Positions 52,866-63,576 are shown, counted from the stretch's first letter. The stretch is DNA of 64,000 nucleotides from an uncultured Desulfosarcina sp. (GCA_963674945.2 CAXXWQ010000003.1:1184001-1248000); one strand, 5' to 3'. The notes: a model not told the origin generated them from the sequence alone. Translations and numbers: made by a program.

Positions 52866-53891
52866 TTATCCGATCTCCGCTTCTATGGACGCATTGTAAC
52901 TGCCTTTCCGTGCGGTACTATTGCACAACGAACGATGATAAAATACCTGTTGTGCCTCCTGTGAATTGGCTTCATCACCCCGCCACACCTTGAGGGTATG
53001 CTCCTGCAGGGCCCGTCCGAAGGAGAAGCTGAGTTCCCATGGCTGCGTTTTCCCCGTTGCATTGATGGCGTTGAGGTTGGCGGTGGCCTCTACGGCGCTC
53101 TGTCCGCCGGAGAGGAATACGATTCCGGGTACGGCGGCCGGCACCACCTGGTGGAAACAGTTCAGCGTGGCTTCGGCAACCTCTTCGGGTGTCGAGCGAA
53201 CCGGATACTCTTTTCCCGGCAGGACCATATTGGGCTTCAACAATGTCCCTTCCAAATATACACAATGTTCAAAAAGGGCATCGTACACATATTTGAGCGC
53301 GGCTGCGGTCACATCCCGGCAGCGCCCAATGTCGTGATCGCCATCCATCAGAACCTCCGGTTCCACGATGGGGACCATGTCTGCTTCCTGGCACAGGGCC
53401 GCATATCTGGCCAGTGCATGGGCGTTGGCTTTCAGTCCGAAACGGGTCGGGATCTCGTGTCCGATGGGGATCACAGCCCGCCATTTGGCAAATCGGGCTC
53501 CCATCTCCCGGTATGCCGACAGCCGATGCCGCAGGCCATCCAACCCTTCGGTGATTTTCTCACCTTCGAACCCGGCGAGCGGTTTTGCCCCCTCGTCAAC
53601 CTTAATACCGGGCAAGATGCCGCGTTGGGTCAGGTACTGGGGAAAGCGGACGTCTGCTGACGTCGATTGACGCATGGTTTCATCGAAGAGGATGACCCCG
53701 CCGATGAACGCATCGATGCCCGGGGTGGTAAAAAGCAAGTCGCGGTATGCGCGCCGATTGACTTCAGTGGATTCGACGTCGATACTGGCGAATCGTTTTT
53801 CGATGGTTGGCGTGCTTTCATCTGCTGCGAGAATCCCCTTACCCGGTGCGACAATGGCCCGTGCGACGGTTTCGAGTTCTTGTTTGTTCAT
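52866..53891 (-). CDS. fructose-bisphosphate aldolase class I
   Basis: GKGILAADES, FAKWRAV, VPIVEPEV, LLKPNMV, FLSGGQS, FSFGRALQ. Confidence 0.95.
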   Translation of the reverse strand: MNKQELETVARAIVAPGKGILAADESTPTIEKRFASIDVESTEVNRRAYRDLLFTTPGIDAFIGGVILFDETMRQSTSADVRFPQYLTQRGILPGIKVDEGAKPLAGFEGEKITEGLDGLRHRLSAYREMGARFAKWRAVIPIGHEIPTRFGLKANAHALARYAALCQEADMVPIVEPEVLMDGDHDIGRCRDVTAAALKYVYDALFEHCVYLEGTLLKPNMVLPGKEYPVRSTPEEVAEATLNCFHQVVPAAVPGIVFLSGGQSAVEATANLNAINATGKTQPWELSFSFGRALQEHTLKVWRGDEANSQEAQQVFYHRSLCNSTARKGSYNASIEAEIG

Positions 53892-54058
53892 AGGTATCTC
53901 CTTATGATGCAGACGTGGTCTGCCCAGATCATAGACAAACGGTTACATGGTTCTCTACGGAATTCCGCCCCTGGATCGCACCGGGTGCCGGATGCGGCGG
54001 GAACACGTTCGCTGAATTCCCATTGCCCTTCGCCATTATTCTGGATTGAGATGAACCG

Positions 54059-54436
54059 TTACGCTTCCCGGATCCACTGGCGGGCATCGTTGATGGACTT
54101 CATGTCGAAATAGCGGACAGCAGCGGCAGTAAAAGGCTTAAAAAATAGCGTTACGCCTTGCTGCCATCGAGATTCCCCCACGACAGCCATTCGCTCGATA
54201 TTCCTGAAATGCCTGGCGGTAAACTTCGTGTCTTCCCACAATGCGCCGGTGGTCCATCCCCTGAAATCATACAACTCGATCAGTAAGCGCACCGGCATAC
54301 CGTTTTTCATCTGGCTTTCGATCATCGGAACGAATTGATCATAATCGTTTTTATCAAGTTTCTCCTTGATTTTCAGCGTCACGATGGTGGCCGCGGGAAC
54401 TTCTTCCACCTGAATTTCATCGAACCCGATGGGCAT
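54059..54436 (-). CDS. SpoIIAA-like (STAS/SEC14) protein
   Basis: FRGWTTGALWED.KF..H...ERMAVVGE..W. Confidence 0.85.
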   Translation of the reverse strand: MPIGFDEIQVEEVPAATIVTLKIKEKLDKNDYDQFVPMIESQMKNGMPVRLLIELYDFRGWTTGALWEDTKFTARHFRNIERMAVVGESRWQQGVTLFFKPFTAAAVRYFDMKSINDARQWIREA

Positions 54437-55076
54437 TGTAACCTCCCTTCCGGAAAGGTCCTCATTGTTTCTCCGTTGTTAACGGGGCTCCAAATATGAA
54501 TTGGAAACAGTGTTATTGTAACGGCGAGCCATGGAATGACAATGGGGGAAAACCTCTATTTCAAGGCTGTCGTACCAGTATATCTGCAACCGGCGGCATG
54601 GTCAACACACCTTCCCCTTTGCTTCGATAGGTCCTTGATCGGCTCGGAATCTATGCTGTGATAATCAATCAGAGGAATCATGTCATCCCAAATGCATCGT
54701 GTAGGCAGCCAAAATATGAGATAGACCCTATTTTTCCATCACATCCAGGAAGTAATATAGATCGGAAGACGGACTAAGCTGTAAGATGTTGATCGGCAAG
54801 GGGGTAACATCTGGAAAGTCTCCAAGCGAATTCCGGTACCTTTGAGCACTTTGCTTGAAAGTGACCATGCGATTGTCATTCGCAGTGTTCTCATGGACGG
54901 AAACCGCGAGTTATTCTGCGGAGATATTCGGTAAGAAGGAGGAGAATTCGTCAGTTTGAAAAGCGCATCATCGACAATCTGCGCACATACGCTTTTTTAG
55001 GGATTGTCGGACATGTGGCAGATGGTCTTCCATTAAAATGACAAGGCGTGATCCGACAACAGAAATGATTGTGCCA

Positions 55077-56420
55077 TCAAATGGGAAGAAGGGCCTTGAT
55101 TCGTGTACCATCGCCAATACACGATTCGATGGTAAAGACCCCGCCAAAAATCTCGCATCGTTCGCGCATGGCGGTCAGGCCATATCCACTCAGAGGGTCC
55201 TTGCTGGAAAGCACTTCTTGGACATCGAAGCCTCTTCCATCATCTTCGATGAGAAGGGAAATCGATTTCTTGTCGTCTGAAAAAGCCATAACCAAACGGA
55301 TAGATTGGGCCTCGCCATGCTTACCAACATTACTCAATCCCTCCTGAACAATACGATAAATGATGATTTTCATCGACTCAGGAATATCGGCTTCGTGAAC
55401 GGTCGTCCGGTAGTCGACATGAATGTTGCCATACATTCGCTGAAACTGGCGAAGGTACCATTGAATGGTGGCCATCAACCCAAGGTCGTCCAAGGTGGTG
55501 GGTCGCAGGTTGGCGGAAATACGCTTGGTTTCCTTGATGGTGGCCAAAAGATAGACGATTTCCTGTTCCAGCGATTCTTCCAGACGGCCATCATGTTGCT
55601 CCCGTTTCAATTCCTTCTCTTCCAGACTGAACTTGATGGCCGCCAGACTGGCCCCGATACTATCGTGCAGTTCCTTTGAAACCGTGCGTCGATCAGCCTC
55701 GAGAACATCCAGCGTTCGCCTGGACATGTGCTTGAGCCGCTCCTGGGACAAAGCCAACGCATCCCCCATCCGCTTGCGTTCGGAGACCTCTTTTTCCAGT
55801 GCACGGATCGTGTCGTTGAGATCCTCTGTACGTCGTGAAACCTCCTTTTCCAATCGGTTCATCACGCCTTTCATCTGGCGCCGATCTTCGATTTTGGCCG
55901 TAATGTCCGATGCGATACTGATTACGATCCGTTGCCCGTCAAGCGTTCGTCCAAGGGGGGCATTAAATATCTCCCAGATGAGTGAATGGCCATTTTCCGT
56001 ATGCACCGATACCCGAAAAGGAGATATGGTTCGCTCCGGATCGAAAAGATCCATGAACGGGTTGCAGGATTTTCCGGTAGTCTCTTCCGCCGTCAGGTGC
56101 TCGGCCAAGTCATGGATCGTAGGGAGCTGATCGGCACAAGCACCCATTGTCTTCTCGACAGCACGGTTGACCAGCAGAAGACGGCCATCCTCACGTGCGA
56201 TCAGAACAGGTACAGGAGCGTGATAGAGCGCCTGAAAATATGGGGCTTCCAGTTCGAAATGAATGATATCGCAATCATCCAACGATTCATCAGGCTTGGG
56301 GATGCGCATGAGTATTCCTTGTATCCTTGGGAGGAAATCGCAGGAAATGAAACCGGCAATTACCGGAAAGGAGGTGGTCGCTTCCACGTGACGTTCATGG
56401 TTGCGGCGTATCGTCGGCAT
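55077..56420 (-). CDS. PAS sensor histidine kinase (HisKA_3, NarX/UhpB-type)
   Basis: ELHDSIG, LRPTTLDDLGL, QEGLSNVGKH, DDGRGF, GLTAMRER; start uncertain. Confidence 0.92.
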   Translation of the reverse strand: MPTIRRNHERHVEATTSFPVIAGFISCDFLPRIQGILMRIPKPDESLDDCDIIHFELEAPYFQALYHAPVPVLIAREDGRLLLVNRAVEKTMGACADQLPTIHDLAEHLTAEETTGKSCNPFMDLFDPERTISPFRVSVHTENGHSLIWEIFNAPLGRTLDGQRIVISIASDITAKIEDRRQMKGVMNRLEKEVSRRTEDLNDTIRALEKEVSERKRMGDALALSQERLKHMSRRTLDVLEADRRTVSKELHDSIGASLAAIKFSLEEKELKREQHDGRLEESLEQEIVYLLATIKETKRISANLRPTTLDDLGLMATIQWYLRQFQRMYGNIHVDYRTTVHEADIPESMKIIIYRIVQEGLSNVGKHGEAQSIRLVMAFSDDKKSISLLIEDDGRGFDVQEVLSSKDPLSGYGLTAMRERCEIFGGVFTIESCIGDGTRIKALLPI

Positions 56421-56423
56421 CGG

Positions 56424-57086
56424 TCAGATTTTCGGTTCTACCAGTCCCTTCTCGATAGCATAGGCGGTCAATTGGGCAACGTTGTGCAAATCGAGTTTGC
56501 CAATCAAATTGGCACGGTGCTTTTCGACTGTCTTTGCACTGATGCTGAGAAAATCAGCGATCTCGTTGTTTTTATAGCCCTCGGCAAGCAGCTTCAACAC
56601 CTCTCGTTCCCGCTGGGTCACCGTGTCCCATCGAGAGTTTTTCTTCATTTCCTGTCGGCCGGACAAATAGCCCACCATAACCTGGTCCGAGATTCCCGGA
56701 CTGATGTAGGTCTTGCCTTGCAGCACGCTGTCCACGGCCAGCATCAACTCTTCCCTGCTTGCGTCCTTGATGCAGTAGCCGTCGGTACCGGCTTCGAACG
56801 CTTCCAGCACGTATTGGTCCGACTCGTGTATGGTCAATGCCAGAATGCGCGACGCAGGCGAATCCCGTTTCGCCTCTTTCATCACAGAGATGCCACCCAT
56901 CTTCGGCATGGAAAGGTCCAACAGCACCAAATCCGGTTTGAGCCGTCGAATCTGCTTTATGGCCTCCAGGCCGTCCTCCGCCTCTCCGACGATCTCGATA
57001 TCCTTACGGCTGTTCAGCATGGATTTCAGCCCCTCCCGGAACAGTTGATGATCCTCTGCAATGAAAATTTGGTATTTCCTTTCCAA
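56424..57086 (-). CDS. NarL/LuxR-family response regulator
   Basis: AEDHQLFREGL, LLDLSMP, REREVLKL..ISAKTVEKHRAN. Confidence 0.95.
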   Translation of the reverse strand: MERKYQIFIAEDHQLFREGLKSMLNSRKDIEIVGEAEDGLEAIKQIRRLKPDLVLLDLSMPKMGGISVMKEAKRDSPASRILALTIHESDQYVLEAFEAGTDGYCIKDASREELMLAVDSVLQGKTYISPGISDQVMVGYLSGRQEMKKNSRWDTVTQREREVLKLLAEGYKNNEIADFLSISAKTVEKHRANLIGKLDLHNVAQLTAYAIEKGLVEPKI

Positions 57087-57226
57087 TGTTCGGCCTTTCC
57101 GTTCGTGATCGAGTGAATGTTCGGGAATATTTTACAGCAAAATGATAACGCGCAAAATCCATTAATGCAATGGATGTAAGTTTTTTCCGGGATAGCACGG
57201 CCATGCAACTATCGTAAATGATGAAT

Positions 57227-57634
57227 TCAGGCCGAACAAAAACCATAGTCGCATTCGTCGCCTCGGAGGGCCGTTTGAATCACATCCAAAAGACGAAGCC
57301 CGCCGGAGCGCTCTTTGGAAAGAAAAAAGTCCGCCCCCTCCCGCATCGAGGCTTCTTTATACTCCACCGAATCGTAGCTGCTGAGAACAACGATACGGGC
57401 ATCCGGTGCCATACGCCGGATAACTGCGATGAACTTGGTTCCATTTTCCTGGGGAATTGCAATATCCAGAAAGACGACATCCAAGGAATCGCGTTGTAAA
57501 ACGCGCTGTGCCTGGTCCGTTCCGGTGACTTCTGTCACCTCCACGTGCATTTCGATATCTTCGATTACCTCTTTCAGCGTATTGCTGAAAATCGGCGAAG
57601 GATCGAGGATTAATATTTTCTTACGATTCACCAT
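57227..57634 (-). CDS. stand-alone receiver domain protein
   Basis: VVFLDI, IVVLSSYD..EGADFFLSK. Confidence 0.85.
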   Translation of the reverse strand: MVNRKKILILDPSPIFSNTLKEVIEDIEMHVEVTEVTGTDQAQRVLQRDSLDVVFLDIAIPQENGTKFIAVIRRMAPDARIVVLSSYDSVEYKEASMREGADFFLSKERSGGLRLLDVIQTALRGDECDYGFCSA

Positions 57635-57784
57635 GAAAACGCCCCATCCTTGTCACCCTGCCCTGCCATTGTTACCATCCAAATCGGCTTTGATCATGAC
57701 AGTCTGCTGTTTTTGTCAATTCCGGCCATTCCCGTTGCCCATGGCCCGCAGAAACGATCATAGAATGTCGGCGATGGGTTCTGA

Positions 57785-58075
57785 TCAGCCCTTGAATTGA
57801 TCCCTGACCTGTCTGATCTGTGCTTCGATGTCATGAAAGTCGGCCTCCACCCGCAGCTTCAACGATTTCCAGGTGTCCGGCGTAAGATGATTGTCAACGA
57901 CGAATTGTTTCTCAACACGCTGAATCCTGGCGATGATATCTTGCACTGCCTTGCTGTAGTTTCCCATGTCACGACTGTCGATACGGTCCGCATCGACCTG
58001 CAAATGCTCGACCTCACGCTTACAAGTATCCAATTTGCGTTTGACCGACTCTATAAATCGTCTTTTGACGGACAT
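57785..58075 (-). CDS. small coiled-coil hypothetical protein
   Basis: SD AGGAG; amphipathic helical 96 aa. Confidence 0.6.
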   Translation of the reverse strand: MSVKRRFIESVKRKLDTCKREVEHLQVDADRIDSRDMGNYSKAVQDIIARIQRVEKQFVVDNHLTPDTWKSLKLRVEADFHDIEAQIRQVRDQFKG

Positions 58076-58375
58076 TCGAAACTCCTTTCAAGATGGCGAA
58101 GCGCTGGTGATGATCGATGATGACCTGATCGTTCCGGCGAAACCATCCTACTGACCGTAATATATAGACTATCATGCCGCATAAAAAAATGGGTATCATC
58201 ATTGATTCTTATCATGGAAAGGATTGTATCGCCATCGTTGAAATTTTCGAAAAAGGCATCTTTTGGGATAAATACATTCTTTTCCGCAATCAACTACAGT
58301 CCACATCCAATACCATCGAACGCCGATCTGTGATTTACTTGTGAACATCAAACAAACACAGACAGGAGGTCACGA

Positions 58376-58774
58376 ATGCTCTTTATCGGCCATTTTTCCT
58401 TTGATGAAATTGGATCGGACGACAGGCAAAAACATGGGTATTTCAGCAGTATTGTAGACGCCAAAAATCCCGACGAAGCGGTTGCCCAATTTGAAGCGCA
58501 CATCAGAGAAATGAAGCACAGATTTCCTGAAATGAGCGACATCGTAAAGGTGTATATCGAGGAGATTCTAAAGTTTACCAAGCTCCCGGAAAAGCCGATC
58601 ATCACCCGTCTGCAGTTTTCCGAAGGCGCATTCCCGAACTCCATCAGCCATTCGCTTCCCGGTGTCTTCGGCGAAAAAATAGAAGTGTTTGGTTATGCGC
58701 CGGATGTTGAAAATCAGGAAATACTCAATGACGGGGGGCATATCGAGGCAAAACCGTTTATCTCCTTTGGTTAG
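58376..58774 (+). CDS. hypothetical protein
   Basis: SD AGGAGG; 132 aa. Confidence 0.7.
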   Translation: MLFIGHFSFDEIGSDDRQKHGYFSSIVDAKNPDEAVAQFEAHIREMKHRFPEMSDIVKVYIEEILKFTKLPEKPIITRLQFSEGAFPNSISHSLPGVFGEKIEVFGYAPDVENQEILNDGGHIEAKPFISFG

Positions 58775-58917
58775 TGATCCATCCTTTTCGACCCTCTGGC
58801 ATCGGATAGGCAGGAGAAAAAATAGGGTCTTCACCCCATGGAAGTTTCAGCAGCCGGGAGTATAATGAGTGTTTTCACTCCTACGCTCGGCAACATACCG
58901 TTGGCGGTAAACGAAAA

Positions 58918-58961
58918 GCAATGGGGCTGTGAAGAACTCGCAATGGGGCTGTGAAGAACTC
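58918..58961. repeat. perfect 22-bp tandem duplication
   Basis: GCAATGGGGCTGTGAAGAACTC x2. Confidence 0.9.
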
Positions 58962-59011
58962 CCAGTAGAAAGTGCCGAGGGTCGATAATATGACAACACT
59001 TCGAATGTATC

Positions 59012-59370
59012 ATGAGAAAAAAGATGGACAAAAGAACCTTACCGAAAATCCCACTGAATGGTGACGAAGCCATCGAACGTTCAAAGTCATTGATGAGAAG
59101 ATGCGTGAGCAATCACGGTTTTCTGGCCAGCATCAGCAACAGTGACAACTATCGTCGTGGACAAGGGACGGCATCATCATCGGCTTGGCGGCGCTGATGA
59201 CCGACGATGATGAGATGGTCGGCACATTTCGCAGGACCCTGGAGACACTCGCCGACAATCAGGGGCCCCACGGCGAAATCCCCAGTAACGTCGACCCAGA
59301 AAGCGGTCGTGTCAGCTACGGCGGGATGACCGGTCGCGTCGGTGCCGACCTGTGGTTCATCATCGGATGG
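59012..59370 (+). pseudogene. GH100 (neutral/alkaline invertase)-like 5' remnant
   Basis: GFLAS...NYRR/(frameshift)WTRDG..GLAAL...QGPHGEIPSNV...ADLWFIIG, then similarity ends. Confidence 0.7.
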
Positions 59371-59409
59371 GGCATTGTGCACTGGAAGGCAAAAGGATAT
59401 TTCGGTTTT

Positions 59410-60288
59410 ATGAAGACGATACTCTTGTGCAGTGATTTAGATCGAACCCTGATTCCCAATGGGGATGCGCCGGAATCACCCAAGGCAAGACATGCCTTCA
59501 GGCATCTGGCCGCCCATCCCAAAATCAGGTTGGCCTATGTAAGCGGCCGAGACAAAAAACTGGTCCAAGATGCCATAAAGGCATTCGACCTGCCGGAACC
59601 CGATTTTGTTATCGGCGATGTGGGGACCTCGCTGTATCATATCGTTGGCGGTCGTTGGCTGCCAAGCGAGGCATGGCAAGATGAGATCGGTAGGGATTGG
59701 AAAATCCACGATCGTGACTCCATTGCCGATCTTCTGGCGGCGCTGGATGGCAACCTGCTGAAACCTCAGCCCGAGGAGAAACAAGGTCGGTACAAGATCA
59801 GTTTCTTTACCCCCCCGGATGTCCATTGGCAACCGTTGAAAGCAAAGATAACGGATATCTTCGATGAACAGGGAATATGGGCCAATCTGATCTGGAGCCG
59901 GGACGACGAAACGAACCAGGGACTGCTTGATATCCTTCCCCCGCGCGCAAACAAACAACAGTCCATCCGTTTTTTATTGGACTCGGAAAACATCGATCCG
60001 TCCCATACCGTATTTGCGGGCGACAGTGGAAACGATATGGACGCGCTCACCAGCGGGCTCAATGCCATCCTCGTAAAAAATGCCGACGACGACGTGATCG
60101 AAACCGCCAAGGACCAGCTTTTCCGTAAGGGGAAAGCCGACATGCTCTATGTAGCAACGGGTATGTGGGGAGAGATGAACGGCAACTATGCGGCGGGTGT
60201 CGTAGAGGGTATGATTCATTTTTTTCCCGAAACCGTCCAGTGGATGCGTTCCGGAATGAACAGACAATTCCTTGGCGATCACCAGTAA
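59410..60288 (+). CDS. HAD-IIB sucrose-phosphatase-like hydrolase
   Basis: CSDLDRTL, YVSGR, DVGT, LLDILP, FAGDSGND, NYAAGVVEG. Confidence 0.9.
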   Translation: MKTILLCSDLDRTLIPNGDAPESPKARHAFRHLAAHPKIRLAYVSGRDKKLVQDAIKAFDLPEPDFVIGDVGTSLYHIVGGRWLPSEAWQDEIGRDWKIHDRDSIADLLAALDGNLLKPQPEEKQGRYKISFFTPPDVHWQPLKAKITDIFDEQGIWANLIWSRDDETNQGLLDILPPRANKQQSIRFLLDSENIDPSHTVFAGDSGNDMDALTSGLNAILVKNADDDVIETAKDQLFRKGKADMLYVATGMWGEMNGNYAAGVVEGMIHFFPETVQWMRSGMNRQFLGDHQ

Positions 60289-60307
60289 TAGGAGGGATCC
60301 AACAACC

Positions 60308-60787
60308 ATGTGTGGCATTTGCGGCCAGATCAGTTTCAACGGACAAGGGCCAGATCTTGAAAAGGTCATCAAGATGACAAAAACGCTGAAAAGGCGCGGC
60401 CCCGACGCCATGGGCATGTACGTGCATGGCCAAAACGCGCTGGGCCATCGGCGTCTGAAAATCATCGACTTGAGTGAACGCGCCCATCAACCCATGGTGG
60501 ATAATACAGTGGGACTCTCAATCGTGTTTAACGGCGCCATATATAACTACAAAGAAATTCGGTTGGCGTTGGAGAAAAAAAGATATCGCTTTTTTTCTCA
60601 AGGAGACACCGAAGTCATCGTAAAGGCATATCACGCTTGGGGAGAAGATTGTGTAAACCACTTCAACGGTATGTTTGCTTTTGCCATCGTCCACCGGGAC
60701 AGCGGCAAGACGTTTATTGCGCGGGACCGACTGGGCATCAAACCGCTGTACTACACCATAGATTACATCGATAATATCGATAATTGA
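60308..60787 (+). pseudogene. AsnB-like / NAGGN amidotransferase, glutaminase domain only
   Basis: MCGICG, RGPD, HRRLKIIDLS, FNGAIYNY, ARDRLGIKPLYY, then stop; no synthetase domain. Confidence 0.82.
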
Positions 60788-61326
60788 AGTGGATACTGCT
60801 TGTCATAGAAAATTAATTTTGATCCTTGGATAAAATCATCCTCCACAATAAAAAGCTCCTTATCTTCTCCCTGGAAATGCGGGGGTAGGGTTCTACTGGT
60901 ATAATAGTCCCAAATCAGTTTGGAAGGACTGGAATCATAACTGGTACTATACACCATCTCTGCAGACGAGCCGGAACGATCAATCAAAACAAACTCGGAT
61001 CTTTTTAGCCTTGCTTCTATTGCCAAAGGATTTTTGATACCATATGAAACAATGACAAAAGAATAGCCTATGTTTGGTGCACACTTTCTCATAATAGGTC
61101 TAAAATTTTCTAGATCGAATCCTTGAACAAAGTGCTGCGCTTCCTTGGTAACCTCCACATGCTGAATAGTAAATATAATTGAGCATGACTGCAACTTTTC
61201 GACAACCGGCTCTTGTTTTGCCGGCTCAGGGTTTACTGTAATTTTTGTGGGTGTGCTACAGCCGTATGCAACGATAACAACAATCAAAGAAAACAACGCA
61301 TTTTGGAATAAGCTGTTCCTTTTCAT
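60763..61326 (-). CDS. putative lipoprotein, AT-rich
   Basis: MKRN + hydrophobic stretch + lipobox-like AYGC. Confidence 0.7.
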   Translation of the reverse strand: MKRNSLFQNALFSLIVVIVAYGCSTPTKITVNPEPAKQEPVVEKLQSCSIIFTIQHVEVTKEAQHFVQGFDLENFRPIMRKCAPNIGYSFVIVSYGIKNPLAIEARLKRSEFVLIDRSGSSAEMVYSTSYDSSPSKLIWDYYTSRTLPPHFQGEDKELFIVEDDFIQGSKLIFYDKQYPLQLSILSM

Positions 61327-61468
61327 TGCCTGATCTCCTGTGTTCGTTTCTCAGTAGGTTATTTGCACGAATGGCCGCCAACAGTTCCCTTCTCTATGTT
61401 TTTGTTAAGCCCCAGATAGGAATGTCGCATAAACGTCTTGATAGCATCCCAAACAAAGATAAAATATT

Positions 61469-61861
61469 CTACTTCATGCGTTCCCACATCTGTCGAAATC
61501 CGATGTTTACCGTCTCTACCCGAGGATCTTGTGTGATCGGGAGTTCACGTTGGCAAAAAGTGCAGACGGCAGCAGGGACCTTGATCGTCTCGGCGCAATA
61601 GGGACAGCTTTTTGTTCTACCGTATGCCGGCGCGCAATTTATTGAGGTAGAAGTACGATCGATATTTGCCCAGATCAAGCACGCCACCCAAACCAACAAT
61701 GTCCAGCCGAGGAAGATGTTTAGGAATACGATTGCCGGGGTTTTGCTGTGCTTTTTGTTTGATGCCATGACTGACGGCAAAAGGTAAAGAAACAGGCCAA
61801 CGATGAAACCAATTGCAAGAATTACGACTTTCGACATTCCGAGTCCAAACATCGCTTTCAC
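61469..61861 (-). CDS. superinfection immunity (T4 Imm-like) membrane protein with zinc ribbon
   Basis: LYLLPS..A..KKH...IVFLNIFLGWT..WV.CLIWA; CPYCAE...CTFC. Confidence 0.8.
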   Translation of the reverse strand: MKAMFGLGMSKVVILAIGFIVGLFLYLLPSVMASNKKHSKTPAIVFLNIFLGWTLLVWVACLIWANIDRTSTSINCAPAYGRTKSCPYCAETIKVPAAVCTFCQRELPITQDPRVETVNIGFRQMWERMK

Positions 61862-62345
61862 CTTTCATCATATTCCATTCTTACTGGTTTTTCACATGCT
61901 GCCAAAACATTGCACTTTTGTTGCGCCTACGATTGATTGCAGTCCATCAATATTCGTACCATCGTCCAGTACATGACGAGCCAATGCGTATTTCAGTTCC
62001 AGGCGGCCATTTTGGGAGAGCCCAATGGGCAGCAGTATGGCCGAAACAACCGGATAAATGAATCACCAGATCGAAAGATCCGTCGGAAAATTACGACAAG
62101 CTGACGCGCAGGTCTCAGTGGAAAATCTTACATTTACATCACTTTACAACGCAGATATATCCTATCCCGATGAATGAATACTTGTCAATGTCTGAATATT
62201 CTTCAAGTCCGGGCAATGGACGCCAGGAAGATGGAAACGACGAACAAACCCATCCAACGCGGCCTTTTTGATCGAACGCCCTTGCTCGCGTTTGCCCATT
62301 TTTATTGATGGAAAGAAAGAGCGCGCGGGTTTGATGACATGCGCT

Positions 62346-62810
62346 TCAGCGCTTCAGTATTTTTGTTATCAACTCACTACGCTCGCGTTCGGATAGGTAA
62401 GGCTTTGTTCTGGCCTCGAAGAGTTTGGCCTCACGGTCTTTTTTTCGTTGTGCCGCCTGTCGGGCCTTGGCGATGAGGTCTTCCAGGTCGCAGGGCTTTT
62501 CAAGATAATCCAAAGCGCCGTGTTTTACCGCTTCGACAGCGGATTGAATCGTTGCCTGCCCCGTAAGCATGATGACCTCCACGAGGGGATGATTCCTTCT
62601 GATCCGCTGGACGGTCTGGATTCCGTCAAGGCCGGGCATTTTCACATCCAGGACCACGACATCGACAATGCCTCCCGTTTCCAACCGGTCCAGGGCCGCT
62701 TGACCTGAAAAAGCGCATTCCACTTCGTAACCCCGTTGCCGAAGGCGTCGGGCAATGGTTTCAATAAAAGCCTGTTCGTCATCAACCAGAAGAAATGATA
62801 TCGGGGTCAT
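62346..62810 (-). CDS. receiver-domain response regulator
   Basis: LLVDDE, VVLDVKMPGLDG, MLTG, DYLEKP. Confidence 0.92.
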   Translation of the reverse strand: MTPISFLLVDDEQAFIETIARRLRQRGYEVECAFSGQAALDRLETGGIVDVVVLDVKMPGLDGIQTVQRIRRNHPLVEVIMLTGQATIQSAVEAVKHGALDYLEKPCDLEDLIAKARQAAQRKKDREAKLFEARTKPYLSERERSELITKILKR

Positions 62811-63207
62811 CGTCTTGTCCTGATGTTTTCGGGTTTTATCAATTGAAGGTTCGATTCGATCGTGACCGTAGGCGAAAAATACACATTTTACCCTATCGGA
62901 GAAAAATGAAACACGCAACGCCGGTCATCTATTTCGCATTGTAATGCCAACGGCATCGCACCACGGAAGGTCGTTACAGTACGGAACGACAGCACCCAGT
63001 CGACCAAAGTAACGGATTCGACAATCAATTTACTAAATTATCGTTAAAAGTTGCCGATATTGATCCTGAAATACCAAAATAAGAGGCTTCCGGTACGGTT
63101 TCGGGCCAACATGATGAAATATTGTAGCATTTTGCATGTAGCGGCCCCGATTCCCCGTAGCAACGGTTTTTTGATAAAAAAGAGTAAGGATAACAAGGAG
63201 ATGGAAC

Positions 63208-63576
63208 ATGAACATAATCGTAGCTGATGATTCCATGGTCGTTCGTTCGATTGTCACAGGCGCGGTCAAGACACTTGGTCATAGTCCCATTCAGGCCACC
63301 CATGGTGGCGAAGTGCTTGATATTTTAGAAAAAAATGGTGTGTCTATCGGCTTAATCCTGATGGATTGGAATATGCCCACCATGGATGGTTACGAAGCAC
63401 TGAAAGCCATTAAAAGCGACACGCGGTTTTCTTCGATACCGGTGGTTATGTTAACCTCCGAATCCGACGAAGATCGGATCAAAATGGCTTTTGACGCCGG
63501 CGTTGATGGGTATGTCGAAAAGCCCTTCACCCCGGAAGAGTTGGTTGAAAATCTGGAAAAGGTTATAAAATTATAA
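63208..63576 (+). CDS. CheY-like response regulator
   Basis: VADDS, LMDWNMP, MLTSE, YVEKPF. Confidence 0.92.
   Translation: MNIIVADDSMVVRSIVTGAVKTLGHSPIQATHGGEVLDILEKNGVSIGLILMDWNMPTMDGYEALKAIKSDTRFSSIPVVMLTSESDEDRIKMAFDAGVDGYVEKPFTPEELVENLEKVIKL

Noticed and set aside
54600..55030. Possible degraded gene or ncRNA in the long intergenic gap
   Set aside because: No consistent reading frame, riboswitch consensus or stable structure recognised
58918..58961. Possible CRISPR repeat
   Set aside because: Only two abutting copies, no spacer and no cas genes
59185..60288. 367-aa invertase-phosphatase fusion as a real protein
   Set aside because: The upstream part is a frameshifted GH100 remnant; the HAD gene has its own ATG at 59410
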